The notes beneath the pieces are model-generated. The model made no database searches. It was not told where the DNA came from and saw nothing but the letters and a program-made list of their open reading frames with translations. Shown here one piece after another: positions 50,206 to 60,040 of a DNA stretch of 60,040 nt (position 1 is the stretch's first letter; each line of letters begins with the position of its first letter). A program made the translations under genes and the position numbers. This DNA comes from Candidatus Aminicenantales bacterium (lineage in GTDB: Bacteria > Acidobacteriota > Aminicenantia > Aminicenantales > Saccharicenantaceae), in contig JBEKXF010000020.1 in NCBI GenBank assembly GCA_049512315.1, positions 1 through 60,040 of the forward strand, read 5' to 3'.

Positions 50206-50397
50206 GTATGGATATTAAGAAGAAAGAAACAACATTATCTCATATCCTTGATAATTGGAACCCTCTGCCTGATATCCTATTCCTGTCCTGGTGACCTAGA
50301 CATCATAGGGGACATTGCCTGAGGGCGTATACCCCTGGGGATTCCCCTGACTTGAGATCAAGTTTGTTACCACCACAATGGATTTTTCGAATGGGTG

Positions 50398-50703
50398 CTA
50401 TTTTTTCTTCTTCCTCGGGCGGCGCGGTTTAATTTCTTTGTAAATTGTAAAGGTCTTCGGCGTTGGCGAAGGGGTCAGTGCCTCGTGTATAATCCTCTTC
50501 ACACGGTCTGGCTCCATCCTGCTATGCACGGATAGCCAACTGTACATGTCTTCCAGACTTTTCTCCAGGGCGGCAATTTTTTTCTCCAGGACGGAGACTC
50601 TTTGCCTCACGATCAGGGATATCTTCCACTCGAGTTGCGATTTCAATTCCCTCGCATTCCCTTCATCATGCCGGAACCATTGGGGTTTATTTTTGGGCCT
50701 CAT
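50398..50703 (-). CDS. Small basic hypothetical protein with a coiled coil
   Basis: AAGGAG RBS before ATG 50703; heptad pattern VSVLEKKIAALEKSLE; basic tail. Confidence 0.5.
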   Translation of the reverse strand: MRPKNKPQWFRHDEGNARELKSQLEWKISLIVRQRVSVLEKKIAALEKSLEDMYSWLSVHSRMEPDRVKRIIHEALTPSPTPKTFTIYKEIKPRRPRKKKK

Positions 50704-51769
50704 CGCTTTCTCCTTCCGTAGAGAATCATCCATCCTTCTCCTGCTCACGTCAATGGGTTTCCTTTTGGTTTGTGGCCGCCGCTTTCGCCTGCGAACCTCA
50801 TCCCTGAAAAATGGGCCAGGCGTAGATTTAAAGTTTGAACGACGAGATCTGGAAAAACTTTCAGAAATCAGGGAAAAGGCTAAGAAAGAAATGGTTAACT
50901 TCCTCTTTCTTGAACTCTTGAGCGAATCGTCATAAAGTAGCTAAGAGGGGGAAAAAAGATCTTCCCATCATTTAAAGTGCGGGGGTCCATAATTTGGGTA
51001 AAAAAGGCATGGACTTTTTTAAGTCTTATTGTATTCATATCGATCGTCACTTACTCGGGCTCTATCAGTAACTCAGGATCGTGGGCAGAGAATAAGTTCC
51101 AAGTTCGAGTATCCAGTTTTGGGTTTCACAGGGGTATTTGTTGTTTCGGTCATATCTCTCGGCGTTTCTCTCTTATGGTCGGGGGCGTGGGACAAGATAC
51201 AAACAACAGCTTGAGCAAATGGATTCGTCAGCATTCCAGCGATATTTTCTGGTCCACTCTTGAAGAAGACGCTAAACTTAATTTCTATGACACTATATAT
51301 TCGAGAGGCTATTTGCTGCCTCCAGAAGGCCTGGAAAATACCCCGCTGGGACCCATCAACAGATATGGGAAGGGAAGACTGTCGGGGTCCAGGAACATCG
51401 TCGGTCTTATCGGTGTGATCTTTAGATTTTAGCTTCTTCCTCCTATTCAAAATGTATGCCGGATACCGATCTGGACAATTGACCTACTTCGGAGCCACAC
51501 CCCAAAACTAATTCAGCCAAAAGTGGAGTCCTTTGGCCTTTGGACGTGGCCTATTGACGGGGGCATGCTAATTTCGTGGTTAGCATCCAGAAAGGGACGC
51601 CTATGAGTGGAGCGAAGCTGGCGAGCAAGGAAACCATGGTCCACAGGGCGCACGGTCACTGACGCTCTTCCTGAATTCTTATTAAGGCAAAATTCAGTGG
51701 AAAATTCCCCGTTCGGGGATTATATTTGAATTCGCCTAAGGATTGTTTCATAAAAACCTAGCACCGAAA

Positions 51770-51890
51770 GACAACATCGCCTTGACTTTTGATGCCGGCC
51801 GTTGTTTGACAGCCACTCCGGACACCTTAGACCTTCTTAAAAAGCAAGCTGTCCTCGCGACCTTTGTTTGCATCGGCTGCATGCTTGGAT
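51770..51890 (+). pseudogene. Fragment of a polysaccharide deacetylase (NodB-like)
   Basis: IALTFDAG...TPDTLDLLKKQAVLATFVCIG, with the rest of the domain missing. Confidence 0.55.
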
Positions 51891-52017
51891 ACACTAGGTG
51901 CGACAGGAGTCGCCTCATAGGAGAAGTAGTAGAGCGCCCCGAAGAGAGGGTCATGATCTTGCTTAACGCTGGGATCAAGGACGTTATTCTGATAAGAGAA
52001 CAGCATAGAGAAAACGG

Positions 52018-53376
52018 ATGAAGATTCTGCTCGTAACCCCATCCGTTGACCCGAACCAAAAGACCAACAAGCAAATGTTGATGCCGCAGCTGGCCTTGTT
52101 CATCCTCCAGGGCCTGACTCCAAAAGAGCACCAGGTTGTTACGGTCGATGAAGAAGCTGAAGACATCGATCTCGAGCATGACTGTGATCTTGTCGGGATC
52201 AGTTTCATGACGTCCAATGCCTCCCGTGCCTACTGGCTCGCCCGGGAGTTCAAGAAGAGAGGGAAGACGGTCGTTCTAGGCGGCGTGCATCCCACGCTGC
52301 TTCCTGACGAGGCCTTGCCCTATAGCGATTCCGTCGTGATCGGTGAAGCCGAAGGTGTCTGGGCCGAATTGCTCGAAGACTATAAAAACGACTGTCTAAA
52401 GAAAATATATCATAATCCACGGCCCGACCTCTCGAAATATGTGCCCAAGGATTTCAGCAAAATCACTAAACGCCATCTTTTCGGTCTGGTGCCTATCATG
52501 ACGTCCCGCGGCTGTCCCTATCATTGTGATTTCTGCTGCGTCACGGATCTTTTCGGCAAAGAGATTCGCCATATACCTGTCGATAATGTCGTGCGAGATA
52601 TCAAAGAGTCGGGTAGAAAGAACTTCATGTTCCTTGACGATAATATCATCGGGCATCCGAGCTATGCCAAGGAGCTCTTCGCTGCTTTAAAACCTCTCAA
52701 GATCTCGTGGGTTGGACAATCATCCATCTCCCTCCTGGTCAAGGACGATGAGCTTCTGACGCTGGCCGTTGAAAGCGGCTGCAAAGGCCTTTTTATCGGC
52801 CTCGAGAGCGTCAAGGAAGCCCAGATGAGCTCCTTACGGAAGTCTTTCAAATCTCTCGAGGGATTGGAAAATGGCCTGAAAAAAATACATAAGGCCGGAA
52901 TATTCACCCTTGCCTCAATGATCTTCGGTTTTGACGAAGACACCAAAGAAGTCTTTGATGATACTGTAAGATTCCTTGTCAAGAATAAAGTCCACACGGT
53001 TGCCTTCAATGTTCTTACTCCATACCCGGGAACAAAGACTTTCCAGAAAATGAAGGAGGAGGGCCGGTTGCTCACGGACGACTGGAAATACTATGACCAC
53101 AGTACCGTGGTCTTTCAGCCGAAAAACATGTCGCCTTATGAATTGATGGTCGGGAAGATAAGAGCAGGGAAGAAATTCTACAGCCCATGGTCAATCCTTA
53201 GGCGGCTCCCGGGGAACTTGCGCCATCCCTTGGTCTACCTGGCCATGAACTGGGGCCATTTAAAAGGCGTCAGGGTGGAAGAGAAGAGGTTGGCTGTCCT
53301 CAAGAAGGACTTGTATGATAAGCCTCAAGAACGTTCGTGGCCTGCATCGCGCTCGACAGGATCATTGACCATCTGA
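52018..53376 (+). CDS. B12-binding domain radical SAM protein
   Basis: VVLGGVHPT, VVIGEAE, TSRGCPYHCDFC, FLDDNI, LTPYPGT. Confidence 0.92.
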   Translation: MKILLVTPSVDPNQKTNKQMLMPQLALFILQGLTPKEHQVVTVDEEAEDIDLEHDCDLVGISFMTSNASRAYWLAREFKKRGKTVVLGGVHPTLLPDEALPYSDSVVIGEAEGVWAELLEDYKNDCLKKIYHNPRPDLSKYVPKDFSKITKRHLFGLVPIMTSRGCPYHCDFCCVTDLFGKEIRHIPVDNVVRDIKESGRKNFMFLDDNIIGHPSYAKELFAALKPLKISWVGQSSISLLVKDDELLTLAVESGCKGLFIGLESVKEAQMSSLRKSFKSLEGLENGLKKIHKAGIFTLASMIFGFDEDTKEVFDDTVRFLVKNKVHTVAFNVLTPYPGTKTFQKMKEEGRLLTDDWKYYDHSTVVFQPKNMSPYELMVGKIRAGKKFYSPWSILRRLPGNLRHPLVYLAMNWGHLKGVRVEEKRLAVLKKDLYDKPQERSWPASRSTGSLTI

Positions 53377-53588
53377 TTGCTGATGTTTAGTGCGGCGAAG
53401 CCTCTGACCCCCTCATGTCGTTGCACAGGTTGCGCTCGCGGCCATCGAGGAGAGGGGGAATATTATTGATCATCTCGTTGGCACCAAAAACTGGAATCTA
53501 TCATTCTATGGCTGGAGCAGTGATTTGGCAGGCCGTACAAAAAGGAATATCCTATCCATCGGGTATCTTTTTATTAAGGAGAAACTAG

Positions 53589-54623
53589 ATGAGACGCCTA
53601 TGTATGTGTGCAGCAATTATCGCGATGCTCATTTCGATCGGATGGGCGCAGCAGGCGCCAACCACGCAACCTTACAAAGTGATCAAGACAGCCAAGGTTG
53701 GCGGCGAAGGCGGCTTTGACTATGTTTATGCGGACGTCGCCGGACGCCGGTTATACATTCCGCGAACCGGAACTACCCCCCGGGTGACCGTCTTCAACCT
53801 CGATACGCTCGAGCCCGTCGGCGAAATTCCCAATGCCAACGCACGCGGGGTCGCTATCGACCCCAGGTCCAGCCACGGCTTCTGCAGCAGTAAGCCCGTT
53901 GTGATGTGGGATACGAAGACCCTGGCGACGATCAAGACCATCGACGTACAGGGCAACCCGGACGGCATTTTGTTCGACCGCTTTAACGAGCGGGTCTACG
54001 TGTTCAGCCACAGCGCACCCAACGCGACAGTGATCAATGCGAAAGACGGCTCCGTGGTCGGTACGATCGACCTAGGCGGCGCGCCGGAACAGGCCGTCAC
54101 AGACGGCAAGGGCCATTTGTACGTCGACCTTGAAGACAAAGACAACGTTGCTGTCGTAAACGCGAAGACGCTTATGGTAACCGCCCACTATGGCCTCAAT
54201 GGCAAGGGCGGAGGGCCGGCCGGGCTAGCGTTTGACGTAAAGAATCACATCCTCTTCGCCGCCTGCCATGACCCCGCAACGATGGTGGTTCTCCATGCCA
54301 ACGACGGCAAGATCATCACCACCCTACCGATCGGCAGCGGCGTCGATGGCGCCGTATTCAATCTGGCGACGATGGAAGCTTTCAGCTCGCAGGGTGATGG
54401 TACGCTGACCGTCATCAAGGAAAACGGCCCGACGAGTTTTGTTGTCACACAGAACGTGCAAACCCAACGGAGTGCGAAAACCCTGACACTGGACTCCAAG
54501 ACGAATAAGATTTATCTTATCGCCGCTGAGTTCACTCCACCGCCGACGCCGCCGCCGGCAGGCAGACGAAGCCGAGGTCAGATGGTGCCGAATTCGTTTG
54601 CGATTGTCGTGGTGGGCAAGTAG
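53589..54623 (+). CDS. Exported YncE/YVTN-like beta-propeller protein
   Basis: Signal peptide, GEGGFDY, repeated PDGILFD/PEQAV/PAGLAFD blades; RBS AAGGAG. Confidence 0.85.
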   Translation: MRRLCMCAAIIAMLISIGWAQQAPTTQPYKVIKTAKVGGEGGFDYVYADVAGRRLYIPRTGTTPRVTVFNLDTLEPVGEIPNANARGVAIDPRSSHGFCSSKPVVMWDTKTLATIKTIDVQGNPDGILFDRFNERVYVFSHSAPNATVINAKDGSVVGTIDLGGAPEQAVTDGKGHLYVDLEDKDNVAVVNAKTLMVTAHYGLNGKGGGPAGLAFDVKNHILFAACHDPATMVVLHANDGKIITTLPIGSGVDGAVFNLATMEAFSSQGDGTLTVIKENGPTSFVVTQNVQTQRSAKTLTLDSKTNKIYLIAAEFTPPPTPPPAGRRSRGQMVPNSFAIVVVGK

Positions 54624-54757
54624 GCAGCAGAGAACGGAAGGCCGCTGAGTTAGCCCCCGGATGAGGTTGGACTTGCCCCCTGATTTGGTCCATTTTTTAG
54701 GTTAGAAAAATATTTTGGTGACCCGCATGACCCGCACCCCTTTTCTCGCCCATTCTG

Positions 54758-55657
54758 TCAGCAAATTTTTGAACAAGCAAGCCCATTTTTAATCGTCTCG
54801 AGATCTTGATCGAGAGTTGGCTTTTGCGGCTCAACTTGGGCTGCATATTCCTCCGGAGTCGCATTGCCAAGAGCGCTGTGTGGACGTTCTTCGTTGTAAT
54901 CCCGCCGCCAAGCTTCAACCTTGTCCCGGGCATCGTCCAAGCTTAGGAACCAGTGCTCATTGAGGCATTCCTGCCTAAACCGACCGTTGAAGGACTCGAT
55001 ATAAGCGTTGTCCGTCGGCTTCCCAGGACGGGAAAAGTCCAAAGTGACGTGGTTCCAATAGGCCCAGAGATCGACGTCCTTCGAGATGAACTCCGGGCCA
55101 TTATCTACCCGGATCGTCCGCGGTCTCCCGTGATCCTTCATGACCCGCTCCAAGACCTCGACCACCTCGCAGCCCCGGATCCTCTGGCCCACATGAATCG
55201 CCAGGCTTTCACGGGTATGATTGTCCACTATCGTTAAAAGCCGGATCCGACGCCCATCGAAGAGCTCGTCCGACATAAAATCCATGCTCCAAGACTCGTT
55301 CTTTTCCGCTGCCAAAGGCCGCAGATCCCTCTTCAAACAGGCCTTGCGTCGCCTGGGAGGCCTCTTCCTCATGGCCAATCCTTCCTCCCGATACAAGCGG
55401 TAGACGCGCTTGTGATTCACGTGCCATGCTTCCCGCTCGATCAGGATATGGAGCCGTCGATATCCATATCCGACACGGGCCATCGCTAGATCTCTAAGAC
55501 GCATGCGAAGCGCCGTCTGTGGATCCGCTACACTCTTGTGGCGAATCGTCGACCGCGCGAGGTCTAGAGCCGTGCACGCCCGCCGCTCGGAGACCTGGTA
55601 GGATGTTTTCATCACAAACACCAGATCCCGCTTCTCGGCGGGCCTTAGAACTTTTTT
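54758..55657 (-). CDS. IS3 transposase OrfB (DDE), expressed by -1 frameshift
   Basis: YGYRR, NHKRVYRLYREEGL, WSMDF, VDNGPEF, IESFNGRFRQE; A-AAA-AAG slippery site at 55651-55657. Confidence 0.93.
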   Translation of the reverse strand, partial: KKVLRPAEKRDLVFVMKTSYQVSERRACTALDLARSTIRHKSVADPQTALRMRLRDLAMARVGYGYRRLHILIEREAWHVNHKRVYRLYREEGLAMRKRPPRRRKACLKRDLRPLAAEKNESWSMDFMSDELFDGRRIRLLTIVDNHTRESLAIHVGQRIRGCEVVEVLERVMKDHGRPRTIRVDNGPEFISKDVDLWAYWNHVTLDFSRPGKPTDNAYIESFNGRFRQECLNEHWFLSLDDARDKVEAWRRDYNEERPHSALGNATPEEYAAQVEPQKPTLDQDLETIKNGLACSKIC

Positions 55658-55908
55658 GATAACGCATCCTGGAGCATCTGCTTGTCGAGGGTTAAATCGG
55701 CCACCAACCGCTTCAGCCGGCGGTTCTCGTCATCGAGCTGCCGCAGCCGACGGAGCTCCGAAACGCCCATCCCCGCATACTTCTTCTTCCAGCGATAGAA
55801 CGTGACCTCCGAGATCTCCATCTTCCGGATGATCTTGGCGATCGGCGTTCCGCTCTCCGCTTGCCGAAGAGCAAAAACGATCTGAGCCTCCGTGAACTTC
55901 TTCTTCAT
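55645..55908 (-). CDS. IS3 transposase OrfA (HTH)
   Basis: MKKKFTEAQIVFALRQAESG...TFYRWKKKY...ENRRLKRLVADL. Confidence 0.95.
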   Translation of the reverse strand: MKKKFTEAQIVFALRQAESGTPIAKIIRKMEISEVTFYRWKKKYAGMGVSELRRLRQLDDENRRLKRLVADLTLDKQMLQDALSKKF

Positions 55909-55994
55909 CCCGAACTCCTTTCCGAATGCCCGATTTTATCAAAAAAGTTGCATCCGGAATGGACCAAGATTCGGGGTTCAGGTCAGGCACCTCA

Positions 55995-56369
55995 TCATCC
56001 ACGACTTAGCCAGCGTTGGAATGTCTTGCGGAAATGTTCGACGATCTCTTTCTCGCCGATGTCTTCTATGTCGTACTTGGCGTTGATGTTTCGAAACTGA
56101 ACGAGACTTCTCGTATTGTTGACACGGTAAGAGCAATCAAGATCTACGTGACCCTCAGGCCAGTTCGGGATTGGCGTGGGCCTTATCATACAACCTATCG
56201 TATATTCGAACCTGTTTCCTTCTTTAGAAAAGCGGAGCGTCAGCGCCTGATTGGTCTGCTTAGACAGTGACGCCTGATACCCTTTCTCCCCGAGATCGTT
56301 AACCAGGAAATCAAAAGCTGCCGCCAAAGAATTGCTGATCCAATGCGACGCTCGTTCAGAAGGATCCAT
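55995..56369 (-). CDS. Hypothetical protein (lower GC)
   Basis: Open 124-aa frame with a purine-rich RBS and an AT-rich upstream region; no family recognised. Confidence 0.6.
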   Translation of the reverse strand: MDPSERASHWISNSLAAAFDFLVNDLGEKGYQASLSKQTNQALTLRFSKEGNRFEYTIGCMIRPTPIPNWPEGHVDLDCSYRVNNTRSLVQFRNINAKYDIEDIGEKEIVEHFRKTFQRWLSRG

Positions 56370-56675
56370 CTCACCCTTCCTTTTTACTTTTTTTGATTAT
56401 ACTTTTATATTGGTGTTTTATTTAATCCTTTTCCCCTCCTCTCCGAGCCTCTGCTGATCGTTCTCGGGCCGGGCTAGGGATCAGTATGGACCGGCCCTGA
56501 TTTTTTGGGATGATAAAAAAGCCGCTTGACCAGCGGGGCTTGGGGTCCAACGGGACCGTGCGGGTTAGTCTTTTTTATGTTCCGGTCTGGGATGGATGAA
56601 GCGGCGGTCGAGAGTCACGGGGTGCTTCGCGGTCACGCGCTCGGTGTATTTGTTTTCGGGCAACCGGCCGGAGCC

Positions 56676-58073
56676 CTAAAAATCCGGGTCCCCGATCTTT
56701 TTCTCCTGCCAAGTCCCGTATTTTGCCAGCAGAGGCCGGATGTCGGCGGCCTTGCCCAACACGACCATGACGTAGTCGTTCTGGGGCAGCAGAGCCGCGG
56801 CCGCCTTAACGGCTTCGACCGAAACCTTCCCGATCGCGGCCAGGTACTTGTCGTAGTAGTCGAAGCCGAGTTTGTAAAAGGCCAGCCGGACATAAGCGCC
56901 GGCCTTGCTGGAATTGGTTTCCAGGGTCGGCGGGAACTGGCCCCGAATGTAGTTGCGACCGCTCTCGACCTCTTCGGATGAGAACCCGTCTCTAGCTGCT
57001 TTTTTCAGCAGGCCAAAGGTGATGTCGAGCATCTCGCCGATCTTGTCGTTCTTAGTGTAGGAGGTGGTGTTGAAAAACCCGCCGACGGCCCACTCCTGGA
57101 AAGAGCTCCTGGCTCCGTATGTGAGCCCGCGCTTAATCCTGAGCTCGGTGTTCAGCCAGGATGTGTAGCGCCCTCCGAAGAGGGTGTTCATGACCGCCGC
57201 TTGCGGAGTGACTCTGTCGCCCATCGCGTAGCCGGGCGCGCCGAGGATGAAATAGGCCTGGGTGGCGTCGGGCTTATCGATCAGGAGGAACTTTTGCCCC
57301 TTCGGACGGGGCGCGGAGGGAAGGGCGTCGGACGGGGCGGCTCCGGCCGGGTTAGGCCAGCGGCCGAGGGTCGATTCCAGCAGCTCGACCAGCTTGGCTC
57401 TCTCGATGTCGCCGACAACCGCGGCGATGGACCGGTCGGGACGGAAATGAACGCCGTAAAAACTCTTTACGGCCGCAACGGTCATTTTATGCAACGACGT
57501 CTCCGTGCCTGTGGCCAGGTGCCCCAAGGGGTGGCTGCCGAAGTAGGCTTTTTGGAAATAATAACGGACCGCCGAGCCGGGATGGTCCTTGACGGCCTTA
57601 AGACTGTCGATCGCCTTGGCCCGCTCCTTGGCGAATTCCTCCTCCTTGAAGGAGGGGTTGCACAGGCAGTCGGCCGCGATTTCCATCAGGTGCGGGAAGT
57701 GAGGGGAGAGGCTGTCCCCGCTGAGCTGGGCGTACTCTTCGGATATCGAGATATCCAGGTCCCCCCCCATGAAATCGAGGGCCTCGGCGATGATGTCGGC
57801 ACCCATTCTCCCGGTTCCCTTCGTCATCAAGGCCGCGGCCAGCGCGGCCGACCCTTCAGCCCTGGCCAGCTCGAAGGCCGACCCGGCGCCGCGGATGACC
57901 ATGCGGAAACTCACGATCGGGAGGTCGGAATTCTTGAGATAATAGACGGTCAGGCCGTTCTTGAGGACGAGTTTCTCCGGTGCTGGCAGCGGGGCCGCCG
58001 CGGTGAGCACCGCCGGCGATACCAGGACGGCGGCCAGGACGAGGACGAGCGATGTCCGGGCGAGCGGCTTCAT
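56676..58073 (-). CDS. M16 peptidase, non-catalytic partner subunit, exported
   Basis: LKNGLTV, no HxxEH, SWLNTELRIKRGLTYGA (R/Y motif); coupled to the upstream gene. Confidence 0.88.
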   Translation of the reverse strand: MKPLARTSLVLVLAAVLVSPAVLTAAAPLPAPEKLVLKNGLTVYYLKNSDLPIVSFRMVIRGAGSAFELARAEGSAALAAALMTKGTGRMGADIIAEALDFMGGDLDISISEEYAQLSGDSLSPHFPHLMEIAADCLCNPSFKEEEFAKERAKAIDSLKAVKDHPGSAVRYYFQKAYFGSHPLGHLATGTETSLHKMTVAAVKSFYGVHFRPDRSIAAVVGDIERAKLVELLESTLGRWPNPAGAAPSDALPSAPRPKGQKFLLIDKPDATQAYFILGAPGYAMGDRVTPQAAVMNTLFGGRYTSWLNTELRIKRGLTYGARSSFQEWAVGGFFNTTSYTKNDKIGEMLDITFGLLKKAARDGFSSEEVESGRNYIRGQFPPTLETNSSKAGAYVRLAFYKLGFDYYDKYLAAIGKVSVEAVKAAAALLPQNDYVMVVLGKAADIRPLLAKYGTWQEKKIGDPDF

Positions 58074-59395
58074 TTGGTACCTCCCTCGGGGATGAGCTTC
58101 CCGATCGTCTTGTTCGTCTCGGTGAAGTATTTCTTCGCGACCTCCGGGATCCGTCCGATCTTGACGGCCGCATAGTCGTCCATGATGGTGAAGAGCTTGC
58201 CGAAGTCGCCGTAGAGGAGCTCATAGGCGCCGAGCTGGTTGGCCTTGCCGGCGATCGTCTGGACCTCCTTGTAGAACTCGTTCTGGATGATGTTCAGGGC
58301 TTTCTCGAATTCCTTCGACGTGATCCCTTCGTTCTTGATCTTGGCCAGCTCTTCCTCGATGACTCGGTCGATCTTGTCGAGGTCGGCCCCAGGTCGGGGC
58401 TTGACGTCGATCGTGAAGAGCAGCGGGTCGATCGTTTCCTCGATCCCGCCACCGACATCGATCGCCAACTGCTCTTCGCGCACCAGACGGCGGTAGAGCC
58501 GGCTGCTCTCACCTATGAGGAGCGGTTTTTCCAGGATAGCGAGCGGAAGGAAGTCCGGGTCTTTGGCGGCTGGGGCGTGCCAGACGGCTATGAACGACGG
58601 CGTCTGGGCCTCCTTCCGGATGAGGACGCTCTTGGGTCCCATCTGCGGGGGCTCGACTGTCGTGACCGGAGGCGGCGGGGGGGAGGCCTTGATCGGCTCG
58701 TAATACTTCTTGACGAGCTCGAGGGTCTTGGCCGGATCCAAGTCGCCGACGACGACGAGGACGGCGTTGTTCGGCACATAGTACATGCGGTAATAGGCCA
58801 TGATCTCGTCCCGGCGCCAACTCTGGATGTCACTCATCCAGCCAATGACGTCCCAGTGATAGGGGTGGGCCATGATGGCCGCGGCCCGGACGTTCTCGTC
58901 GAGGATCGCGTCGTTGTTGTTGTCGACCGATACGCGGCGCTCGGACGCGACGACCCCGCGCTCGGACTCAAGAACCTCGGGAACGAAAGCCAGACTCTGC
59001 ATCCGGTCGGATTCCATCTCGATCATCGTTTCGAGGCCCGCAGATGGAAACCAGTCCGTGTAGGCCGTCATGTCGTCGGCGGTGGAAGCGTTCTCGTCGC
59101 CGCCTAGGAATTCAATGCGCCGGTCAAATTCGCCGGGCCCGATCTTCGGCGTCCCGTTGAACATCATGTGCTCGATGAAGTGGGAAACCCCCGTCAGGCC
59201 GGTTCGCTCGTTGCGGGAGCCGACGCGGAAAAACGTATAGAGGGCGATGTTGGGAATGTTGTGGTCCTCAACGAGCAGAATCTTGAGCCCGTTCGCAAGC
59301 TGGTGGATCTTAACATCCTCTTTTCTGAACGACGCTGACAGGGAGAGGGCAAACGTTATCAGGAGGAAGACGACGAGACAAGTTCGTTTCCTCAT
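58070..59395 (-). CDS. M16 (pitrilysin-family) zinc peptidase, catalytic subunit, exported
   Basis: VGSRNE, SHFIEHMMFNGT (HxxEH), ERGVVASERR, YYVPNNA. Confidence 0.93.
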   Translation of the reverse strand: MRKRTCLVVFLLITFALSLSASFRKEDVKIHQLANGLKILLVEDHNIPNIALYTFFRVGSRNERTGLTGVSHFIEHMMFNGTPKIGPGEFDRRIEFLGGDENASTADDMTAYTDWFPSAGLETMIEMESDRMQSLAFVPEVLESERGVVASERRVSVDNNNDAILDENVRAAAIMAHPYHWDVIGWMSDIQSWRRDEIMAYYRMYYVPNNAVLVVVGDLDPAKTLELVKKYYEPIKASPPPPPVTTVEPPQMGPKSVLIRKEAQTPSFIAVWHAPAAKDPDFLPLAILEKPLLIGESSRLYRRLVREEQLAIDVGGGIEETIDPLLFTIDVKPRPGADLDKIDRVIEEELAKIKNEGITSKEFEKALNIIQNEFYKEVQTIAGKANQLGAYELLYGDFGKLFTIMDDYAAVKIGRIPEVAKKYFTETNKTIGKLIPEGGTK

Positions 59396-59667
59396 TCCAG
59401 CACCTCCTTGAGAGATAAAAGATTATTTATACCACAGGCACGGTGGGGTCTCAAGGACGATACATTTCAGGCCATTTCCAAGGAGATGAGTCCTGGTCTG
59501 CTTTTTAGCGGCCTCGAAGGTCTGAGCCGACAAGCAGGGATAAAGAAAACGGGGACGGCTCCCACGCGAGATGGGGGGTTTCGACGCCGTTTTTTCAGCG
59601 TGGATAAGGTTGGACTTCGCTCCGGCTTCGCCATCCATGGCCACTCTACCCTCTAACGTCCTCTTTA

Positions 59668-59772
59668 GGACCTCCTCCCTTAAAAATGGTCCATTGATAA
59701 TGTGAGTTTTCTGGCAAAATCTTATGGAGGTTTTGTCGATGAAGAGATCGAAGTTCACGGAGGAGCAGATCG
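59668..59772 (+). mobile_element. Left end of a second IS3/IS407-type element, truncated after 11 codons of orfA
   Basis: IR GGACCTCCTCCCTTAAAATGGTCCATT, RBS GGAGG, ATG 59739 MKRSKFTEEQI, then unrelated sequence and a stop at 59790-59792. Confidence 0.75.
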
Positions 59773-60040
59773 ATGGTCAAATTTGGTTCTAGGTCGTTTG
59801 GCGCAGGCCCCCTCCTAAGTGGCGGGGTGGGGTTGCGGTGTTGTGTGTTGGGGCCTGGGTTTGCCCATAAAAACCCCTCTAGAGGCAGGAGATGGGCCTT
59901 CTGCGGGCACGAGAGAGATAACCCCCCGTTGGGATCTTCGAAGAAATGGGTCTTCTGCCGCAAGGATCGGGTTATGCTATGCTCCTAAGTGATAATTTTT
60001 TTAGGCGATCGTTTGGGGACCGTGTTTAGATGCAAAGAGG

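Larger units (their letters stand above)
54668..55985 (-). mobile_element. IS3-family (IS407-type) insertion sequence, apparently complete
   Basis: IRL TGACCTGAACCCCGAATCTTGGTCCATT at 55985, IRR TGGACTTGCCCCCTGATTTGGTCCATT at 54668, orfA plus orfB; no clear target duplication. Confidence 0.93.

Noticed and set aside
50977..51450. ORFs 50977-51432 (+) and 51073-51450 (-)
   Set aside because: No RBS or recognisable domain; they look like degraded AT-rich gene debris.
51455..51670. IS21-like end, ATGCTAA-N8-TTAGCAT palindrome and a short ORF
   Set aside because: The resemblance is weak, with no transposase or partner end to support it.
53478..53500. Sigma54 site upstream of the YncE-like gene (TTGGCACC...)
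   Set aside because: It lacks the GC at the -12 position.
56487..56512. Another IS407-like end (TGGACCGGCCCTGATTTTTTGG)
   Set aside because: Only partial similarity to the 54668 IR and no GGTCCA core; not enough to call.

Overview
GC-rich bacterial DNA. The gene content (GWxTD proteins, an Acidobacteria-type VWA protein, an Oar-like TonB-dependent receptor, TPR kinases, tricorn/M6/M16 peptidases) suggests Acidobacteriota or Ca. Aminicenantes; this is inference only. 0.5-29.7 kb is mostly housekeeping and metabolic: AI-2E transporter, an IS-relic-flanked pyk, hemW, alkD-like gene, tricorn protease, trxC, tRNA-Leu, gap-pgk-tpiA-secG, a PAS-GGDEF protein, nnr-tsaE, thiE, apt, GH3, AKR and an M6 protease. 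29.7-43.6 kb is the most interesting part: an uncharacterised cell-envelope locus with OmpA lipoprotein, VWA protein, Ser/Thr kinase-TPR, TPR lipoprotein, three GWxTD-domain genes (one broken by an in-frame TAG and an out-of-frame start), a sigma54-driven TonB-dependent receptor and an exported TPR protein. Its right-hand block is bracketed by the TPR lipoprotein gene and an internally deleted copy of that gene. A tRNA 3' fragment at 43656 (His-like, with an apparently inverted anticodon segment) marks the edge of a mosaic island. The island carries a sigma54-preceded MacB-type ABC exporter with three membrane-fusion proteins, gene debris, a B12 radical SAM, a YncE-like propeller and an apparently complete IS3 (IS407-type) element. 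An M16 peptidase pair and a truncated IS3 start close the window. No CRISPR array or rRNA was seen. All calls come from reading motifs by eye; no database searches were run.
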